In this document: positions 8,645-18,152 of the stretch, piece by piece | How the letters are laid out: each line of letters begins with the position of its first letter | Numbering within the stretch: the stretch's first letter is position 1 | DNA from: Candidatus Shapirobacteria bacterium | GTDB taxonomy: Bacteria > Patescibacteriota > Microgenomatia > UBA12405 | DNA: 29,034 bases | Assembly: GCA_018500045.2 (NCBI GenBank) | Contig: JAHBAQ020000042.1 | Span: 1 to 29,034, forward strand | Reading direction: 5' to 3' | Notes under the pieces: model-generated | The model's input: only the letters and a program-made list of their open reading frames with translations | Told to the model about the DNA's origin: nothing | The model's database searches: none | Translations under genes and position numbers: made by a program

Positions 8645-10153
8645 CTAATTATTGGGTTTTTTGTTGGTAGTTTTATAGTCCAATTTTTTACCTAAAAGGA
8701 GTTTTGTGTGAGACTGGAGTCCAGGCAGAACTGACATAGTTAAGGTGGCAATGGGCATAAATGGCCATTGGAGAATGTTTTTGAGTATATTGAAAAAGCC
8801 TTTTTTTTGACGAGCTGGACGAAGTTTCCAATCGAGGATAATAAGAGTAGTAAGAGGGATAAGGCAAATAGTAAGGATAATATTAGAAATTCGAGGAAGA
8901 TTAAATCCAAAAGTTGTCTGGAAAAATTTGGGATTAAGCATAACCGGCAAAGATGTTCCTAACGTTAGAATGAACCAATTACTTGACCAAATAAAATGAG
9001 TTTGAATAAGCTTAAAGATACGAAGAGCCCTGGTGGTGAAAGGAATTTCTTTGTGCTGACGTGACTGTTCAATGGCATAAGGGATATCGATAGCCCCCCA
9101 GGCATGACGGACACATTGACTATAACGATTTTTAAGAGCGGAAAAATAATTTTTACCATCCGGGGCGTCTACAACAGTAGGTAAGAAAATTGGTTCGACT
9201 AAAGCTTTACCACCGGTGGCAAAAAAGGCCTGTAAGAAAATATGCCAATCTTCTGGAATCATATCTGGATCCCAGTAACCACTTTGATCAATGAGTCGAA
9301 AAGATGATGAGTAGCAAGAATAATTAAAGAATAAGCCATCGGGTTCTTGAATGTTGGCAATATGAATAACGTTACCTAAAATACCGGTAATACGAATAAG
9401 AGACGGCACTTGGTTAATGTTATTATGCCAAAAAATCGGTGACTGCCAAAAACGTTGATAACGGGATGGACTGGAGGCAAATTTATAGGTTAAAGCAGCA
9501 AAATATTTAGGATTAAAAATAGTATCAACATCGCAACTAGTAAGAGTTAAGTGATCAATATCGAACTTGCCGGTGTCAATAAAATGTTTTTTAAAATATT
9601 GGGCGGCAAAACGTTCATTACTGTGTTTTCCGGCGGTTTCCCCGGGGATATTTGGTGGATGCTCAGTAAAAATTAAATCACCAAAAACACCTTGGTATTT
9701 TTTAGAAAAATAATCGATAGTGTTTTGATTGTTTTCTTGACCAGCACGTTCTTCTTGACCAAGAACAATGTGAATTTTTTTAAGACTGATTTCTTTTTGG
9801 GCGGCAAGACTACCCATAGCCATTTCGATAACTTCAATAGGTTCCTTGTAAGAAGAGATAACAATAACATGATGAATTTGATTGTATTTTAGCCAGAAGG
9901 AACGGAAGTTTTCTTGAAAATAGTCTTGCCAATTAATTTTTTCTGATTTTTGAATCTTGAAATAGCCAATGACGGCAAAAATAGCCGATTTGAAGGATTG
10001 ATAAAGCCAATAAAGAAGAAAAGCAATGACGAAGTAAGCTACAGCTTTGGGAATAAAAATAGCCCCCCAAATAGGGAATAAAATTGTCATCCAAGCAAAG
10101 AAACCAGGAATCATTTCCCAAAGACGATAGTTTTTAGAATTTTTATCAACCAT
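8645..10153 (-). CDS. GT2-family membrane glycosyltransferase (processive synthase-like motifs)
   Basis: YKE, CDVDT (DxD), PEDW, QCVRHAW (QxxRW-like), flanking TM helices. Start moved from 10225 to the ATG at 10153: this removes the overlap with the divergent gene, and TGGTATAAT lies 13 nt upstream. Confidence 0.85.
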   Translation of the reverse strand: MVDKNSKNYRLWEMIPGFFAWMTILFPIWGAIFIPKAVAYFVIAFLLYWLYQSFKSAIFAVIGYFKIQKSEKINWQDYFQENFRSFWLKYNQIHHVIVISSYKEPIEVIEMAMGSLAAQKEISLKKIHIVLGQEERAGQENNQNTIDYFSKKYQGVFGDLIFTEHPPNIPGETAGKHSNERFAAQYFKKHFIDTGKFDIDHLTLTSCDVDTIFNPKYFAALTYKFASSPSRYQRFWQSPIFWHNNINQVPSLIRITGILGNVIHIANIQEPDGLFFNYSCYSSSFRLIDQSGYWDPDMIPEDWHIFLQAFFATGGKALVEPIFLPTVVDAPDGKNYFSALKNRYSQCVRHAWGAIDIPYAIEQSRQHKEIPFTTRALRIFKLIQTHFIWSSNWFILTLGTSLPVMLNPKFFQTTFGFNLPRISNIILTICLIPLTTLIILDWKLRPARQKKGFFNILKNILQWPFMPIATLTMSVLPGLQSHTKLLLGKKLDYKTTNKKPNN

Positions 10154-10206
10154 TTTACTAACCTTTATTATACCAACTAAGAACCTGTTTGAGATAGAAT
10201 AGGCTA

Positions 10207-10977
10207 ATGGAGTTGGAAACGGCAATTAAAAATACAATTGAATATGCAAAAAAATTCAAAAGTTGGGTAAACAGAAAAGAAATTGCCGAAAGATTAGTAT
10301 CACCAAAAGAATTTTCAGAAGAAGAGATTAATGGCTTATTAAAGCGATTCATTAATAAAAATAAAAAAAATAAATATTTTAATGAGAAATTTTACAAAGC
10401 AGCCGGATTAGCAAAAACGATAGAAACAAATTTTGGAGATATTTTATTCTTGGGATTGTCTGGGTCAGTGGCGTCGGGTCATCCTAAAAAAAGTGACGAT
10501 ATAGATTTTTTAATTGTTACTAAAGGGAATAGACTCTGGAAAACCAGACTTGGTTTGCGTTGGTGGATGTTTAAAAACCGAATCCCCCACAGAAAATATA
10601 GAGGAAAAGAAAAAAAAGATGAATTTTGTTTTAATTTGTGGCTAGACGAAAATCATTTATGGTTACCAACTGATAAACAAAATCTAAAAAATTCGGTAGA
10701 TTTGGTTTTATTGAAACCATTAATTAACAAAAATCAAACCTATGAAAAATTTTTTTTGGTTAACAATTGGGCAAAGAAATGGGTGGCTACACCTTATTTT
10801 AATAAGGTCAAAGATGTTAGATATAAGATCTTAGATAAAAAAATAAAACAAAATAATTTTGATAAAGTAATAAACTGTTTGTATTTTTGGCCACAATATT
10901 GGTATATGAAAAGAAAGATAAGTAAAGAAACAGTTGGTTTATATCAGGCATTTTTCCATCGGCAAATGGTAAAATGA
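10207..10977 (+). CDS. Pol-beta superfamily nucleotidyltransferase-domain protein of unknown substrate
   Basis: LSGSVA-x7-DDIDFLIV (GS..DxD) motif. Confidence 0.65.
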   Translation: MELETAIKNTIEYAKKFKSWVNRKEIAERLVSPKEFSEEEINGLLKRFINKNKKNKYFNEKFYKAAGLAKTIETNFGDILFLGLSGSVASGHPKKSDDIDFLIVTKGNRLWKTRLGLRWWMFKNRIPHRKYRGKEKKDEFCFNLWLDENHLWLPTDKQNLKNSVDLVLLKPLINKNQTYEKFFLVNNWAKKWVATPYFNKVKDVRYKILDKKIKQNNFDKVINCLYFWPQYWYMKRKISKETVGLYQAFFHRQMVK

Positions 10978-10980
10978 GGG

Positions 10981-11520
10981 ATGAAGTTGTGGATGAAAGT
11001 ATTAATGTTGGTGGCGGCGTTTGGAATACTTTATGTTTCTTTTGCTAGAGCAGGACTGGATGAAGTGACTAATGACGAAAAATATGACAGATTACGGAAA
11101 ATTTTAATTTCTTACCAAAAAGTCAATCAAGGGAACAGCTTTTGTTACCGTTTACCGGAAAGTAGAACTTTACCAAACAATCCTCTGTATTTCTTTAAAA
11201 AGGTAAGAGATGATTTTTGGGTTAAATTTAGTAAAAACCCAATAGATGAAACCAGAATTATCATTCTGGTGGCTGACAAGAAAGTTTATGAGTCGATATT
11301 AATGTATGAAGATAAAACGATTAAAGCTGATTTCTGGCAAGAGAATATGAAGGAAGCTGAGGAAAAAATCAGATTGTCGCGAGAGGTGGTTAATCAGCTG
11401 CCAAAAAGTGATTTAGAGGTGGAACAATTAATTAAAAAAGTAAATGAAGCAGAAGATTTTTTTAATTACACCCTAGACCAAATGAAATTAGGTAATAAAA
11501 TAGTAAGGTGCCATGAGTAA
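10981..11520 (+). CDS. DUF5667-like protein with N-terminal membrane anchor
   Basis: Signal/TM segment, LPNNPLYFFKKVRD motif, helical C-terminus. Confidence 0.6.
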   Translation: MKLWMKVLMLVAAFGILYVSFARAGLDEVTNDEKYDRLRKILISYQKVNQGNSFCYRLPESRTLPNNPLYFFKKVRDDFWVKFSKNPIDETRIIILVADKKVYESILMYEDKTIKADFWQENMKEAEEKIRLSREVVNQLPKSDLEVEQLIKKVNEAEDFFNYTLDQMKLGNKIVRCHE

Positions 11521-13660
11521 AAAAGGAAAGAAGAATAAAAAATTTTGGTGGATTGCGGGTTTAATTTTGTTGTTGGTGATAATTTTGGTGATATTTTTTA
11601 TTTCGTTTAATGTACCTAATCCAAAAAAATTATCGAGTGGTGATTATCCGCAGTCGTCTCAAATTTTTGATAGAAACGGAAAGTTACTTTATGAAATCTA
11701 TGCCGACAAGAGACGAGTTCCGGTAATTTTGTCTGAAGTACCGGATAATTTAAAAAAGGCAACTTTAGCAATTGAGGATGCTAATTTTTATAAGCACGGC
11801 GGTTTTGATGTTAGGGGTTTACTTCGGGGGCTTTACCGAACCTTGATCGAGAAACGACTTCAAGGTGGTTCAACTTTAACCCAACAATTAGTAAAAAATG
11901 CTTTATTAACACCAGAAAGGACGGTTTCGAGAAAAATTAAAGAAGCAATTTTAACTATAGCTAGTGAAGTGATGTATTCCAAAGATGAAATTTTAGAAAT
12001 GTATTTTAATCAAACACCATATGGAGGGACTTTGTGGGGAGTTCAGGCGGCAGCAAAAGGAATTTTTAATAAAGATGTAAAAGATTTGGATTTAGCTGAA
12101 TCAGCTCTGATTGCTGGGTTACCAGCATCACCGACCAGATACTCCCCTTTTTCATATCCGGAAGCAGCCAAGAAAAGACAAATAATGGTATTGGAGAGAA
12201 TGTTGGAGTTAAAATTAATTAATCAGGAAGACTACGACAAAGCTAAAGAGGAACAACTGAATTATTATGTGAGCAAAACCGGAATTGAGGCACCCCATTT
12301 TGTGTTTTATGTAAAAGAATTATTGGCGGAAAAATATGGAATTCAAAAATTGACCGAAGGCGGATTAAAAATAACAACCAGTTTAGATCTGAATATTCAA
12401 AAAATGGCCGAAGCAACGGTTTCAGCGGAAATAATTAAATTGGAAAAATATAAAGTGAGCAATGGAGCAGCGATGATAACTGATCCAAAAACTGGTCAAG
12501 TATTGTCGATGGTGGGGTCAATTGATTATTTTTCCAATAAAATTGATGGTAAATACAACGTAACAACAGCTTTAAGACAACCAGGATCGTCTATTAAACC
12601 ATTAAATTATGCCGTGGGAATTGAAACAGGAAAAATAACAGCAGCGACAGTGATGGATGATAATCCAACATGTTTTGGACAGGTTAACCAAAAGAATTAT
12701 TGTCCAACAAATTATGGAGGGGCTTATCATGGATTGCAAAATATTAGGACATCATTGTCTAATTCTTTTAATATTGCCGCCGTTAAGGTTTTAAAATTAA
12801 ACGGGTTGGAAACATTTGTAGCCTCAGCCTCAGCGATGGGATTGAATACTTTTAAAAACGCTTCGGATTATGGTTTATCTTTGACTTTGGGTGGAGGTGA
12901 GGTGACAATGGCAGATATGACGGTAGCTTATGGAGTGCTGGCTAATATGGGGATAAAACAAGATTTAAACCCGATTTTAAAAGTGGAAGATAAAGACGGA
13001 AAAATATTGGAAGAATATAAATATGAAGCTGGTCTGAGAGTGATGTCTCGGGAAACTGGTTTTATTATCCAACAAATATTGTCGGATGACGGGGCTCGGA
13101 GTATGGTTTTTGGTCGAGGTTCGAAATTAAATATTAAAGGACATCCAGAAGTAGCAGTAAAAACCGGAACAACCAATGATATGCGGGATAACTGGACGAT
13201 GGGATATACCCAGGATTATGTGGTAGCAACTTGGGTGGGGAATAATGATAATTCAAAAATGGGTGGGTTGGTGTCAGGAACAACTGGAGCAGCTCCGATT
13301 TGGAATAGTATTATGACTGAGTTATTGAGAGATACGGAAATTAAAGAACCGACGAGACCGGCAGGGATAGTAGGGATGAATGTATGTAACTTGACCGGAA
13401 TGGCAATACCTGAGAGTGGTTGCGAATCACACTATGAATATTTTAAAAAAGAATTTTTGCCAGCAAAACAAACGATGGTGAGACAAAATGTATTAATCAA
13501 TAAAGATACTGGAAGAATTACAGTTGAAGGAGAAGTGGCTCCAAATGCAGAATGGCAAGAACATTCAATAATTAACGATGGAGTGGGGGCGACTATTTGT
13601 CTGGATTGTCCGGTGGGTATTGGTGATACAAGTATTAAACCAGCAACAATCATAAAATAA
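11513..13660 (+). CDS. Class A penicillin-binding protein (transglycosylase/transpeptidase), copy 1
   Basis: AIED, GGSTLTQQLVKN, RKIKE; SSIK (SxxK), SFN (SxN), KTGTT. Confidence 0.95.
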   Translation: MSKKGKKNKKFWWIAGLILLLVIILVIFFISFNVPNPKKLSSGDYPQSSQIFDRNGKLLYEIYADKRRVPVILSEVPDNLKKATLAIEDANFYKHGGFDVRGLLRGLYRTLIEKRLQGGSTLTQQLVKNALLTPERTVSRKIKEAILTIASEVMYSKDEILEMYFNQTPYGGTLWGVQAAAKGIFNKDVKDLDLAESALIAGLPASPTRYSPFSYPEAAKKRQIMVLERMLELKLINQEDYDKAKEEQLNYYVSKTGIEAPHFVFYVKELLAEKYGIQKLTEGGLKITTSLDLNIQKMAEATVSAEIIKLEKYKVSNGAAMITDPKTGQVLSMVGSIDYFSNKIDGKYNVTTALRQPGSSIKPLNYAVGIETGKITAATVMDDNPTCFGQVNQKNYCPTNYGGAYHGLQNIRTSLSNSFNIAAVKVLKLNGLETFVASASAMGLNTFKNASDYGLSLTLGGGEVTMADMTVAYGVLANMGIKQDLNPILKVEDKDGKILEEYKYEAGLRVMSRETGFIIQQILSDDGARSMVFGRGSKLNIKGHPEVAVKTGTTNDMRDNWTMGYTQDYVVATWVGNNDNSKMGGLVSGTTGAAPIWNSIMTELLRDTEIKEPTRPAGIVGMNVCNLTGMAIPESGCESHYEYFKKEFLPAKQTMVRQNVLINKDTGRITVEGEVAPNAEWQEHSIINDGVGATICLDCPVGIGDTSIKPATIIK

Positions 13661-15762
13661 TGATCGGACTAGAAAAATTAATCAGTTTTTTGATACTCAT
13701 AGGTCGACCATTAGTGAAGTTAATAGAAATAATTTTTGGAATTTTAAAAAAAATTAAGCTTCCTAAAAGACAGAAAAAACAAAAAGAGAAAAGGATTAGA
13801 AAGAAAGAAAAAACAAGAGTTAAATGGGGAAACTATTGGCTTTTAATCCTATTATTAGGACTAATTAGTGGTGGTTATCTTTTTTATGACAAAATTTGGA
13901 AAGAATTACCTGATGTAAATCTGATTTATAATCCACCAAAAATGTCAACAGTAATAACTGATAAAAATGGTGAAATTCTTTATAAGTTTTATCAAGACGA
14001 AAATAGAACTTGGGTACCACTAGATAAAATTCCGGAAGATTTAAAAGAAGCGACGATAGCTATTGAAGATAAAGATTTTTATGGACATTATGGCCTGTCG
14101 GTAAAAGGTGTGATTAAGGCCTTGATTTATAATTTTAAAAAAGATGGTGAAGATAAACCCAGAGGTGGATCGACAATTACCCAACAGTTGGTAAAAAATG
14201 TATTTTTAAGTGATGAAAAAACATTGAGTCGAAAAATGAAAGAGGCAATATTGACTTTGATGGTGGAGAAAAAATTGTCGAAAAATGAAATTTTAGAAAG
14301 ATATTTAAATCAAGTATCTTATGGCGGTGAGGCTTATGGAGTAGCTGAAGCGTCGTGGAAGTATTTTGGTAAACAAGTGAGTGAATTAAATACGATCGAG
14401 GCGGCATACTTAGCTGGTTTACCGGCAGCACCAAGTTCTTACTCCCCTTACGGGAATAATCCAAATTTGGGATTGTTGAGAGCTAAGCATGTAATTGAAG
14501 AAATGGTATCTAATGGTTATTTGAATAGCGCTGAAGCAGAAAGATGGTTGGGACAAAAAATAAACATTAAAACCAATAATAAAGAAATTAAAGCACCCCA
14601 TTTTGTGTTTATGGTGAAACAATGGTTGGAAGAAAAATATGGTTACACTAATTTAGAAAAACAAGGATTAACCATAAAAACAACTTTGGATTTAAAAATC
14701 CAAAAAGAGGCCCAGAAAATAGTAACTGAAGAAGTAAAGAGTATAAATAAATTGAATATAGGTAATGGGGCAGCATTAATTTTAGACGTAAGAAATGGTG
14801 ATATTTTAGCGATGGTGGGTTCGAAAGATTATCACGCGACAGATATTGATGGAAAATTTAATGTAACGACTGGATTAAGACAACCTGGGTCGTCAATAAA
14901 ACCAATAAATTACTTACTGGCTTTAGAAAAAGGCTATAGTTTGGCATCAACAATTGACGATAGTCCGATTACGTACCAAATTAAAGGACAAAAACCATAT
15001 GCACCACAAAATTATAATGGTAAATATATGGGCCGGGTAACTTTAAGAACAGCCCTGGCATCTTCATTAAATATTCCGTCGGTAAAATTACTAGAAAAAA
15101 ATGGAGTGAATAATATGATTGATTTAGCTGAAAAAATGGGAATAAATACTTGGAAGGAAAGAAATCGGTTTGGACTGTCGTTAGCACTCGGAGCAGGTGA
15201 AGTAAAAATGACGGAATTGGCTCAGGCTTATAGTATTTTTGCTAATTTGGGTAGTAAGGTAGAAATAAATCCAATTTTGGAAATTAAAAATTATTTAGGA
15301 GAAATAATTTATAAAAAAGAAATTGAAAAAGAAAAAGTAGTAGAAGCGGAATATGCCTACATGATTAATGATGCTTTGAGTGACAACCAGGCTAGATCGC
15401 CTATTTTTGGACCAAATTCAAAATTAGTGATAAAAGGTAAAACAGTGGCAGTAAAAACCGGAACAACGAATAGTTTAAAAGATAATTGGTGCATCGGTTG
15501 GACACCAAGTTATCTGGTGGCAACTTGGGTAGGTAATAATGATAGCCGACCAATGAGTTGGGTAGCCTCTGGAGTAACTGGAGCTACACCAATATGGAAT
15601 AAAATTACAACAGAATTATTAAAAAATAAGGATAATGAAACCTGGCAGAAACCAGATAGTTTGGTTAAGAAAAATATTTGTGGCAGAGACGAGTGGTTGG
15701 TTGAGGGAAGTGAAATAAAAATTGATTGCTTAAAAGTAACTCCAACTGTTACTCTGAACTAA
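13660..15762 (+). CDS. Class A penicillin-binding protein, copy 2
   Basis: AIED, GGSTITQQLVKN, RKMKE; SSIK, SLN, KTGTT. Confidence 0.95.
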   Translation: MIGLEKLISFLILIGRPLVKLIEIIFGILKKIKLPKRQKKQKEKRIRKKEKTRVKWGNYWLLILLLGLISGGYLFYDKIWKELPDVNLIYNPPKMSTVITDKNGEILYKFYQDENRTWVPLDKIPEDLKEATIAIEDKDFYGHYGLSVKGVIKALIYNFKKDGEDKPRGGSTITQQLVKNVFLSDEKTLSRKMKEAILTLMVEKKLSKNEILERYLNQVSYGGEAYGVAEASWKYFGKQVSELNTIEAAYLAGLPAAPSSYSPYGNNPNLGLLRAKHVIEEMVSNGYLNSAEAERWLGQKINIKTNNKEIKAPHFVFMVKQWLEEKYGYTNLEKQGLTIKTTLDLKIQKEAQKIVTEEVKSINKLNIGNGAALILDVRNGDILAMVGSKDYHATDIDGKFNVTTGLRQPGSSIKPINYLLALEKGYSLASTIDDSPITYQIKGQKPYAPQNYNGKYMGRVTLRTALASSLNIPSVKLLEKNGVNNMIDLAEKMGINTWKERNRFGLSLALGAGEVKMTELAQAYSIFANLGSKVEINPILEIKNYLGEIIYKKEIEKEKVVEAEYAYMINDALSDNQARSPIFGPNSKLVIKGKTVAVKTGTTNSLKDNWCIGWTPSYLVATWVGNNDSRPMSWVASGVTGATPIWNKITTELLKNKDNETWQKPDSLVKKNICGRDEWLVEGSEIKIDCLKVTPTVTLN

Positions 15763-16417
15763 GTCGGGAAACTGAGTACCAATAAAGTTGATCGACAAGT
15801 TGGGAAAGATTAGGTTTAACGGATTCAATATCGGAAATATTGGGAATAATTATATTTATTAAAAGCTGAGAACTGGGTAAACTGATTAGATTTTGATAAG
15901 AAATGCCGTTACTACTGGTCAATTTTTCTTGGAACAAAAGACCTTGGGGTAAGTTTAGATTGATAAGACTTTGATCGGTTTTTTTGATGGAAGTAAATTG
16001 GTCTGGATTGAACTGAAATGAAGATTGGTCAAAATTAGAAATAAAACTAGGCTGATTGGGTTTATTAATAAAAATACTGATAACCGACCAGTTCTTATTT
16101 TTAAGAAAATCTTGGATTTCAGAATCTGATGAAGTATTTTTTGGGGAAGAAGTTTTATTTAAATTTATTTTAGGTAGTTGAAAACTAAATGCTGGATGAA
16201 AAGAGAAATCTTTGGGTGAATTTAAAAAGTTTTTGATATGGCGAAAACTCCAAAAAACAAAACTTAAACCAACGGTAAGACAGAGAGAAAGTAAAACTAA
16301 ACGTCGCTTGGTTTTGAGACGCTTGGCGGCAACAACTTCTTCCGATTCTTGGGTAATTTCAGCATCACCTAAAAGATTTTTATTAATTTTTTTGGTTTTT
16401 TCTGGCTTAGGAAGCAT
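15749..16417 (-). CDS. Membrane-anchored hypothetical protein, possibly a degenerate beta-lactamase/serine-hydrolase fold
   Basis: Charged N-terminus, one TM segment, extracellular domain; last gene of the tkt-fba-pfkB operon (3 nt after pfkB). Confidence 0.6.
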   Translation of the reverse strand: MLPKPEKTKKINKNLLGDAEITQESEEVVAAKRLKTKRRLVLLSLCLTVGLSFVFWSFRHIKNFLNSPKDFSFHPAFSFQLPKINLNKTSSPKNTSSDSEIQDFLKNKNWSVISIFINKPNQPSFISNFDQSSFQFNPDQFTSIKKTDQSLINLNLPQGLLFQEKLTSSNGISYQNLISLPSSQLLINIIIPNISDIESVKPNLSQLVDQLYWYSVSRLSSE

Positions 16418-16419
16418 AG

Positions 16420-17337
16420 TTATTTAATTTGTTTTAAGTTTAGCAGGCCGGTTTTGGCACCAAGATAAGAAACGACTGAAGCAGAATTTTTGATACCCCA
16501 AAATAGAGCGTCTTGAGGCGATTTTTTATAAATTAAGGCACCGATAAAAGCAGAACCAAAAGAATCACCAGCACCAGTTTCATCAATTGGTTTAGTATTA
16601 ATAATTGGAGAATAAAATTGACGAGAATCAGTAAAAATATAAGCACCATCACGGCCATTAGTAATAGCAACTAGAGGAAGTTTTTGTTGATGAATTAAAC
16701 TAAAAAATTTATCATCATCAAATTTGGCGTCAAAAAATATTTCTGATTCTTCTTTGTTTAAAAGTAAAACATTGACCAATTTGGAGATACTAGTAATTCG
16801 GCGACGAGAGGCCAGTTCTCTCGACCCGGGATTTAGACAAATTTTAATGTTATTTTCTTTGGCAAAACCAATAATTTTTTCTAACAGATGTAAATTACCT
16901 TCGAGCGAGGTAATATAAAACCATTGGGTTTTTTTTATTTTAGACCAAGGAATATGGCGTGATTCAAGACGAGTGGCTCCCCGATTAGTTAAGATGGAAC
17001 GACGGCCATCTTGATTAATCAAGATAACAGAAAAATCAGTGGTGGCAGATTTTTGAAGAAAAATAAACTGATCATCAACTTTATTTTTCTTAAGATCGTC
17101 GTAAATAAATTGATTAAGATAGCTTTGACCGATAAGAGAAATACAACCAGATTTAAGGCCTAAACGGGAAAAAGAAACAGCTGAATTAGTGGCTCCCCCA
17201 CCACTACAAATAAGGCTGTGGTTAATTTCATTTTTTGATGAGGGCTTTAGACCGACGATATTGGGAGTACTGATTAAATCTTTGGATTTAATAAAAATAT
17301 CAATAGTGGCGGCACCAATAGAAATTACGTCAAACAT
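16420..17337 (-). CDS. PfkB/ribokinase-family carbohydrate kinase
   Basis: GGGATNSAVSFSRLG and DETGAGDSF signatures. Confidence 0.92.
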   Translation of the reverse strand: MFDVISIGAATIDIFIKSKDLISTPNIVGLKPSSKNEINHSLICSGGGATNSAVSFSRLGLKSGCISLIGQSYLNQFIYDDLKKNKVDDQFIFLQKSATTDFSVILINQDGRRSILTNRGATRLESRHIPWSKIKKTQWFYITSLEGNLHLLEKIIGFAKENNIKICLNPGSRELASRRRITSISKLVNVLLLNKEESEIFFDAKFDDDKFFSLIHQQKLPLVAITNGRDGAYIFTDSRQFYSPIINTKPIDETGAGDSFGSAFIGALIYKKSPQDALFWGIKNSASVVSYLGAKTGLLNLKQIK

Positions 17338-18152
17338 AGAAATTTATCTTTAATAACTTGCTTGAGATCATTAATAATGAAACCAAAAAGGTCATAAATC
17401 TTTTCACTTTTATTTTGAGGTAAATATTGGTTAAGAGATTTTAAAAAGCAAAGGCGAAGATCAGTATTGATATTCATTTTGACGATGCCATATTGAAGCG
17501 AAGATTTAACATCGGAAACGGGAATACCAGAACCACCGTGGAGAGTAAAAAATTGATTAGGTAAGACAGAATTAATTTGTTGGAGTAGATTTAAATCAAT
17601 TTTTTCGGGTAATTCTTGATTGACGCCGTGAAGGTTACCAATAGAAATAGCCAAGAGATCGGCTTTTGTTTGAGTAATAAATTCGACCGCCTGATCAGGG
17701 TGAGTAAAACTATCGGGAGAAACCTGTTGACCAACTAAATTAATGTGATTAAATTCAGCTTCAATTAAACAATTAGGAATTTGCGATTTTATTTTAGAAA
17801 TAAATTGAGCGGTTTGGGTAAGATTGGTTTGATAATCGAGTTTAGAACCGTCAAAATGGACCATATCAAAGCCGAGTTGGAGAAGGTTAGAAAGGCGAGT
17901 AGTATCGCTCCCGTGATCCATATTTAAATAAATTGGCAGACCTTCGAGACGAGCTTTTTTGACCAATAAAAATAATTTTTCAGCCTGAATAAATTTATCT
18001 TCACCTGGGGAAAGTTGAACAAGACAAGGTTTATTAATTTCTTTGACAACTGATTCGACGGCCTGAAAAATTTCAAAAGAATCAATGTTGAAGGCTGGGA
18101 TAGCAGTATGATTAGTTTTTGATTCTTGTAAGACTTGATTTAATGATTTCAT
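17325..18152 (-). CDS. fba: Class II fructose-bisphosphate aldolase family protein
   Basis: PAFN, MDHG, FDGS, GNLHG, LHGGSG, KMNINTDLR. Confidence 0.9.
   Translation of the reverse strand: MKSLNQVLQESKTNHTAIPAFNIDSFEIFQAVESVVKEINKPCLVQLSPGEDKFIQAEKLFLLVKKARLEGLPIYLNMDHGSDTTRLSNLLQLGFDMVHFDGSKLDYQTNLTQTAQFISKIKSQIPNCLIEAEFNHINLVGQQVSPDSFTHPDQAVEFITQTKADLLAISIGNLHGVNQELPEKIDLNLLQQINSVLPNQFFTLHGGSGIPVSDVKSSLQYGIVKMNINTDLRLCFLKSLNQYLPQNKSEKIYDLFGFIINDLKQVIKDKFLCLT

Noticed and set aside
10154-10225. Longer start for the GT2 gene given by the ORF track
   Set aside because: It overlaps the divergent NTase gene and its promoter. The ATG at 10153 has its own extended -10.
10207-11520. NTase as a CBASS cyclase or a toxin-antitoxin component
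   Set aside because: No effector, Cap, HEPN or AbiE partner adjacent; the context is cell envelope
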